32,000 nt of DNA from Mucisphaera calidilacus. Its GTDB lineage: Bacteria > Planctomycetota > Phycisphaerae > Phycisphaerales > Phycisphaeraceae. Under the pieces are notes generated by a model. The model had not been told where the DNA came from and did no database searches. It saw only the letters and a list, made by a program, of their open reading frames with translations. The position numbers and the translations under genes were made by a program. The stretch lies in the NCBI RefSeq assembly GCF_007748075.1, contig NZ_CP036280.1, positions 2,490,001 through 2,522,000 on the forward strand, given 5' to 3'. Of this stretch, positions 27,201-32,000 are shown in pieces; within the stretch, counting starts at the first letter, position 1, and every line of letters begins with the position of its first letter.

Positions 27201-28178
27201 TCACGCCGCCAGGCGGTACAACGACGTCTCCGCCGGCTGCGAGGCCGCAATCAGCTGGTCGCGGTACATAGGGTCCGCGATCCAGCCCGGGTGATGCGTC
27301 AACTCGTCCCACAGGTAGCGGCTCGCGCTGCTCGGGTCCAGCTCTGCCAGCGCCAGCGTGTGCACCCGCGCCCGCTCGTCACAACTCTGCCACACCGTGT
27401 AACGGTCCCACGGATCGAGCTGGTCCAGATACCGCCGCGCCACCGTCACACGCTCCTGGCCCTTGCGCACCGTCCGCATGATCGAGCACGCCTCGTTCAT
27501 CCGCACCGCCGCCAGACCACGGCTGATCACGCCCGGGCGATGACCCTCGGCCAGCAGCCGCGCGTACAACTCAAACGTCCACGCAAAACGAAGCTTCACG
27601 TCCAGCGGGCCAACCTCACCCAGCAGCGATCGGCGGAAGAACACCGACCCCCGCGCCGGCTCCAGCTGCGTGCGACGCAGCATCGACGCCAGACTCAGCG
27701 AACGAATCGAAGCCAGCGGCTCGGCCAGCTGACCCGTCTCGTCCAACGCCACCGCCTGGCCGATCAGCCACGAGGGGCGATCCACCGAGCACATCTTCCG
27801 CACCACGTCGCCCAGCACCTGAGGCATCAGCAACGCGTCCGCGTCCAGAAAACCGATGATCTCGCCCGTCGCCACGTCCAGCGCACGATTCACGGCCTCC
27901 GCAGGCCCCGTGTCCGTGTGCGCGTCATACCAGTTGATCTGCGTCTCGTAACGCTCGATCACGTCGAGCGTCTGATCCCGAGACCCGCCATCCACCACCA
28001 GGACCTCCAGGTCGGCGTATCCCTGATCGAACACCGAGCACAACGTGCTCTCCAGCGTGTCACCCGCGTGGAAACAGGGGATGATCAGCGACACCCGTGG
28101 ACGCGCCTGATTGCTCAGCTTCCGCTCGGGATTCAACGCGGGACGACGACGTGCTGGGGGGATAGGCTCTTGCATCAC
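27201..28178 (-). CDS. family 2 glycosyltransferase
   Basis: VSLIIPCFHAGDTLESTLCSVFDQGYADLEVLVVDGGSRDQT and the FLDADAL (DxD) motif. Its stop is 4 nt from the rpoD stop (convergent). Confidence 0.75.
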   Translation of the reverse strand: MMQEPIPPARRRPALNPERKLSNQARPRVSLIIPCFHAGDTLESTLCSVFDQGYADLEVLVVDGGSRDQTLDVIERYETQINWYDAHTDTGPAEAVNRALDVATGEIIGFLDADALLMPQVLGDVVRKMCSVDRPSWLIGQAVALDETGQLAEPLASIRSLSLASMLRRTQLEPARGSVFFRRSLLGEVGPLDVKLRFAWTFELYARLLAEGHRPGVISRGLAAVRMNEACSIMRTVRKGQERVTVARRYLDQLDPWDRYTVWQSCDERARVHTLALAELDPSSASRYLWDELTHHPGWIADPMYRDQLIAASQPAETSLYRLAA

Positions 28179-28242
28179 GCCAATACAATCGGCTGGTTAC
28201 CCGCCCCGCAAAGAGGCCCCCGACTTACCGGTCTCAGCATCA

Positions 28243-29127
28243 TCACGCCGCCAGCGAACACGACGCGTCACCCGCCCACAGCCGCCCGCGAACCTGCTGC
28301 GACAACAACCACCACGGCCGACGCACCACCGACGACCACGGCCGGCCCGACACCCTGGCCAGCTCCGCAGACCGATACTGATACGCCGTCCTGCGAAACA
28401 CACGCCAACGCTCCCTCAGCGACAGCCGCCTCGCGTAAAAACGCTCCACACGAAGGTGCTCGCGGATAAAACCCTCCGGCTGCGCACACGTCTTGCTCGC
28501 CTCGTGCATCCGGTACGTCGCCAGCACCGCCTCCACCGTCACCGGCGAATACCCCGACGACATCAGGCGAAGCCACCACGCAAAATCCATGCAGTAGTGA
28601 AGCGACGCATCCAGATAACCCAGCGACCGATGCAGCTTTGGGTCCCACCACACGCCCGGCTGCGGGAACGCGAACGGACGCTCAGGCGACCTCAGCAACG
28701 CGTCACGCAGCGTGATCCCCTCCGACCGCGGCTCCACACCCAGCAGCACCCCCGACGCGTCCATCTGCTGACAACGACCCGCCAGCCACGCCGGCCGACC
28801 CGCCGCCACATACGCACCCGCCACCGCATCAAGCGACCCGGGCAGCAGCGTGTCATCCGAACAGACCCACGTCACCAGATCGCCGTCCGCACGCATCAAT
28901 CCCTTGTTGATCGCCTCGGTCTGACCGCCGTCCGGCTCGCTGATCGCTACGTCCAATACGTCGCGGTAACGCTCGATGATCCCTACCGAACCATCATCCG
29001 ATCCCCCATCAATCACCATCAACTGCAGGTTGTCATAGCCCTGACCGAGCACACTCTCGATCGTCTCGGCGAGATAGGCGGCCTGGTTGTAACTCGGTAT
29101 CACCACCGAGAGCCGTGGCATCGTCAT
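28243..29127 (-). CDS. family 2 glycosyltransferase
   Basis: LSVVIPSYNQAAYLAETIESVLGQGYDNLQLMVIDGGSDDGS and CSDDT. It starts 9 nt downstream of the preceding GT2 gene. Confidence 0.75.
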   Translation of the reverse strand: MTMPRLSVVIPSYNQAAYLAETIESVLGQGYDNLQLMVIDGGSDDGSVGIIERYRDVLDVAISEPDGGQTEAINKGLMRADGDLVTWVCSDDTLLPGSLDAVAGAYVAAGRPAWLAGRCQQMDASGVLLGVEPRSEGITLRDALLRSPERPFAFPQPGVWWDPKLHRSLGYLDASLHYCMDFAWWLRLMSSGYSPVTVEAVLATYRMHEASKTCAQPEGFIREHLRVERFYARRLSLRERWRVFRRTAYQYRSAELARVSGRPWSSVVRRPWWLLSQQVRGRLWAGDASCSLAA

Positions 29128-29136
29128 ACAACATCC

Positions 29137-29994
29137 CTAAGCAGCCAGCCGCACGCCCGACGCCTCATCATCACGCAACACCGGCAGCTCCCGCATCTCG
29201 GCGTTCTCGTCAGGCTTCGAGCGGCCCTGATAAAAGGCCACCAGCCACTCGCTCGCCACCATGTACACGAAGTAGATCCCCGACAACAACCACCCACGCA
29301 GACCGATCCGCCACCCGTCAAAGTGACGCAGGCTCCGGTACAGCTCCACAAAAGGGTGCGTCAGCGCACGCCGGAGCGTAAACCGCAAACCGTTGCCCGC
29401 CAGCGCCTTCGCCTCCGTGTGCGCATAACGCGTCAGGTGCCGTCGCAGCAGCTCGAAGTAACTGTCCGACCAGTAGTGCTCCATATGGTTCGTGCCGTCC
29501 CACGCGATCCGCACGTCGCGTTGCCCCTCACGCACACGCGTCAACCGGTTCGCCCAGGGCAGAACATCGCAGCGCTCGCGGTGAATCAGACGCTGCTTGT
29601 ACGTCAGCGTCCCCCAGACCGTCCCGTCCAGCCGCTCGCCCTTGAAGTAAAAACGCATCGGCAGCGAGAACGCCCCCGCGTCCGGCTCCGACACGATCGC
29701 CTCACGCACCTGCGCCGCCAGCGAGGCGGGAATCACCTCGTCCGGGTCAACCAGCAGGATCCAGTCATGCTTCGCCAGTCGCGCCGCCGCCGCACGCGTC
29801 GGCTCGGCAATCGGCTGCGGCTCGACACGCAGCACACGATCCGCGTGCCCGCGGGCCAACTCCAGCGACCCGTCCGTCGACGCCATGTCGATCACGATCA
29901 ACTCATCCGCCCAGCTCAACGCCGGCAGACAACGCCCGAGGTGCTTCACCTCGTTGCGGACAATCACGATCGCGGTCACGGGCGTCGTCATCAC
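29137..29994 (-). CDS. family 2 glycosyltransferase
   Basis: VTAIVIVRNEVKHLGRCLPALSWADELIVIDMASTDGS and LLVDPDE. Start is GTG at 29992-29994 or ATG at 29989-29991, 4 nt after the stop of the upstream ORF. Confidence 0.7.
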   Translation of the reverse strand: MMTTPVTAIVIVRNEVKHLGRCLPALSWADELIVIDMASTDGSLELARGHADRVLRVEPQPIAEPTRAAAARLAKHDWILLVDPDEVIPASLAAQVREAIVSEPDAGAFSLPMRFYFKGERLDGTVWGTLTYKQRLIHRERCDVLPWANRLTRVREGQRDVRIAWDGTNHMEHYWSDSYFELLRRHLTRYAHTEAKALAGNGLRFTLRRALTHPFVELYRSLRHFDGWRIGLRGWLLSGIYFVYMVASEWLVAFYQGRSKPDENAEMRELPVLRDDEASGVRLAA

Positions 29995-29998
29995 ACCG

Positions 29999-30637
29999 TC
30001 AGGCCGCCGCCCGCTCCTTGCTATCCCGCGCCAGACGCACCAGTTCCGAGAGACGCTCTCGCGAACGCTCCACCGACGCCACCGCTGAGGGCTTGACGCC
30101 CCGACGCTGCATCCACAGGTGCGTGTTCTCCTCCTGGCAGTATCGCGCGACCAGATTCCGCGCCCGCTCCGGCACCGCCATCAGCACGCCGCCCTGAACC
30201 ACGATGTAAGGCTCCCAAGCCACACGCAGCGTGTCGAGCACGCGATCAATCGTCGGCCAGTGATCAATCCGATGCGGGCGGTGAGGCGGCGCGAGCAGCA
30301 GCTCCGCGTGATCGATAAACACGTAGTGCTCACGCGTGTCCGACCGGATCGCCGTGATCTGCTCCAGCACATCACAAGGCGGCTCCGTAAACGTCTCCGC
30401 CAGCTCGTCACCCGCTCCCCCCGCGTCCAGCCAGAAGATCGCCGGACCCGACAGCTTCTCCATCACCGACGGCAAGCCCGACCCGACCTTCAACGACCAG
30501 ACGTGCGGGAACACACGCTCACACCATTCGCCGCGTTCCATCGTTCCCGCGCGCACGAAGTCGCCGATGCCATACGCGTAAGCAAGCTGCATCAGCAGAT
30601 CGTGCGGACAAACAACCTCGGGCATGGGCGTGGACAT
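29999..30637 (-). CDS. hypothetical protein, possibly a degenerate methyltransferase-fold protein, translationally coupled to wzt
   Basis: 212-aa ORF with G-ending codons like its neighbours. Its ATG overlaps the wzt stop (TGATG at 30635-30639). PAIFWLDAGG...YVFIDHAELLLAPPHRPHRIDHWP loosely recalls small polysaccharide-locus proteins with an FWLDAH...IDD...PH...WP pattern. That resemblance is from memory only. Confidence 0.4.
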   Translation of the reverse strand: MSTPMPEVVCPHDLLMQLAYAYGIGDFVRAGTMERGEWCERVFPHVWSLKVGSGLPSVMEKLSGPAIFWLDAGGAGDELAETFTEPPCDVLEQITAIRSDTREHYVFIDHAELLLAPPHRPHRIDHWPTIDRVLDTLRVAWEPYIVVQGGVLMAVPERARNLVARYCQEENTHLWMQRRGVKPSAVASVERSRERLSELVRLARDSKERAAA

Positions 30638-31911
30638 CAGGCGGCTTTCCTGCCATCAAGAGGAACCGAAACATCATCGATCACGTCGTGCGACCAGTCG
30701 GCGTCCACCAGCATGTGGCCGTGCACCGGGTGCGGCAGCTCGTGCGTCTCGTAGAACACCCCGGGGATCACCGTCAGGTTCAAGGCGTTGTTCACCTGAT
30801 CCACACGCTGGCCCTGGCTCGTGTCACGGAAGATCGTCAGCGAAAGCTGATACCCGCCCGGCACCAGCGGCAACCGTGGCACCGTGCAGGTAAACCGACC
30901 GCGCCCCGGCAGGTCACTGAACTGCTGGCCGTTCAACCGGCTGTGGTGATGGAACAGCGGGACATCTCCGCCGCTCCGCGCGATCAGGCCCACCGCCAGC
31001 GGCCCCAGACCCGACACGTCACCCACCACCTCGTACTCCATCGTCACGCTCAGCGACTGACCGCTGCGGATCACCTCCACCGGGTCACCCGTCTCGTCCT
31101 CCATCGTCACGCTGCGGATCCGAACCTCGCCCGTGCCCTCACGGTTGCCCAGGTTCTGCTCCGTCGCGTCGCCATCCTGCAGCGAACGCAGATACGCACC
31201 CACGCCCTCCGCCGCCGAGCCGTCGTAGATCATCTTCCCGTGACTCAGCACAATCGCGCGGTCACACATGCTCTCGATCGCCGCCATGTTGTGGCTGATG
31301 AACAACACCGTCCGACCCGACTTGGCCACGTCCGACATCTTGCCCATGCAACGCTTGCGGAACGCCGTGTCCCCCACCGCCAGCACCTCGTCGATGATCA
31401 GGATCTCCGGGTCCAGGTGCGCCGCCACCGCGAACGCCAGCCGGACCGACATCCCCGACGAGTAACGCTTCACCGGCGTGTCGAGAAACTGCTCCGTGCC
31501 CGAAAAGTCCACGATCGCGTCGAAACGACTCGCGATCTCCTTCCGCGTCATCCCCAGGATCGACCCGTTGAGAAAGATGTTCTCACGACCCGTCAGCTCC
31601 GGGTGAAAACCGGTCCCCACCTCCAGCAGGCTCCCCACCCGGCCCCGGAACCACGCCGAACCGGTCGTCGGGGCCGTGATCTGCGCCAGCACCTTCAGCA
31701 GCGTCGACTTGCCCGCGCCGTTACGCCCGATGATCCCCACGCACTGACCCGCCTCCACGTCAAAACTGATGTCACGCAACGCCCAGAACGACGCCCGACG
31801 CGACGCGCCACGACCCGTAAACAGGTCACGCAGCGAACCGGCCAGCGGCTGGCTCGCGCCCAGGCGGTAACGCTTCGAAAGGTTCTCGGCATGGATCACG
31901 GGACGACTCAA
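30637..31911 (-). CDS. wzt: polysaccharide/O-antigen ABC exporter ATP-binding protein Wzt with a C-terminal glycan-binding-type domain
   Basis: TTG start at 31909-31911 with GAGGAG 8 nt upstream. Walker A GRNGAGKST, signature YSSGMSVRLAFA, Walker B ILIIDEVLAVGD. An extra ~170-aa beta-rich C-terminal domain is present, as in Wzt_C. Confidence 0.8.
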   Translation of the reverse strand: MSRPVIHAENLSKRYRLGASQPLAGSLRDLFTGRGASRRASFWALRDISFDVEAGQCVGIIGRNGAGKSTLLKVLAQITAPTTGSAWFRGRVGSLLEVGTGFHPELTGRENIFLNGSILGMTRKEIASRFDAIVDFSGTEQFLDTPVKRYSSGMSVRLAFAVAAHLDPEILIIDEVLAVGDTAFRKRCMGKMSDVAKSGRTVLFISHNMAAIESMCDRAIVLSHGKMIYDGSAAEGVGAYLRSLQDGDATEQNLGNREGTGEVRIRSVTMEDETGDPVEVIRSGQSLSVTMEYEVVGDVSGLGPLAVGLIARSGGDVPLFHHHSRLNGQQFSDLPGRGRFTCTVPRLPLVPGGYQLSLTIFRDTSQGQRVDQVNNALNLTVIPGVFYETHELPHPVHGHMLVDADWSHDVIDDVSVPLDGRKAA

Positions 31912-31927
31912 ACCGCTCGCTCCTCGC

Positions 31928-32000
31928 TCAGATCACGTCCGCAAAACTGCGCTCGGCACGCGTGAAGATCACCGCGCCCACCACCATCAGCAGCGAACCG
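31928..32000 (-). CDS. wzm: C-terminal end of an ABC-2 type polysaccharide exporter permease (Wzm); the rest lies outside the window
   Basis: The reverse strand reads ...GSLLMVVGAVIFTRAERSFADVI-stop (TGA at 31928-31930). This is the typical Wzm/TagG C-terminus, and it lies 16 nt upstream of wzt. Confidence 0.5.
   Translation of the reverse strand, partial: GSLLMVVGAVIFTRAERSFADVI

Overview
High-GC segment (about 61-71% in hand-counted 120-nt samples) that reads like a Planctomycetota, Phycisphaerae-like, chromosome. Support for that placement: a partial H-X9-DG/DUF1559 pseudopilin-family gene, a PVC-type Minf_1886-like gene, and a 16S rRNA with the planctomycete CCTACGGGAGGCTGCAGTAACGAAT variant of the universal 341-357 region. 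I call 29 protein genes, two of them partial, and most are housekeeping. They are MTHFS, a YhhQ-like transporter, an AI-2E transporter, a CusF-like lipoprotein, HPF, a FIST protein, an orphan NuoI, TrkH/TrkA, a quinone oxidoreductase plus aldo/keto reductase, a DegT aminotransferase, MlaF/MlaD, an archaeal-type phosphoglycerate mutase, an FAD oxidoreductase, a Y1 (IS200-like) transposase, HflX, L28-DnaG-RpoD, and a wzm-wzt-hyp-GT2x3 glycan cluster. There is one stand-alone 16S rRNA gene with a promoter candidate, leader, processing helix and terminator. I see no tRNA, CRISPR array or recognisable defence or toxin module. Main observations: (1) the G/C asymmetry of the + strand flips sign within the ~2.5 kb occupied by the 16S unit, which fits either a terminus-type skew switch or an rrs-mediated inversion breakpoint. 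(2) The 16S is unlinked from 23S/5S, enclosed by a 29-nt long-range helix and ended by a bidirectional terminator shared with a convergent hpf. (3) A Y1-transposase gene of atypical composition has an AT-rich, apparently leaderless promoter and is bracketed by 26/29-identical direct repeats next to hairpins. (4) A low-GC, skew-free island runs from the dnaG 3' end into the rpoD 5' end. I did not find a convincing novel multi-gene system. The many long antisense ORFs in the track are GC3 artefacts.
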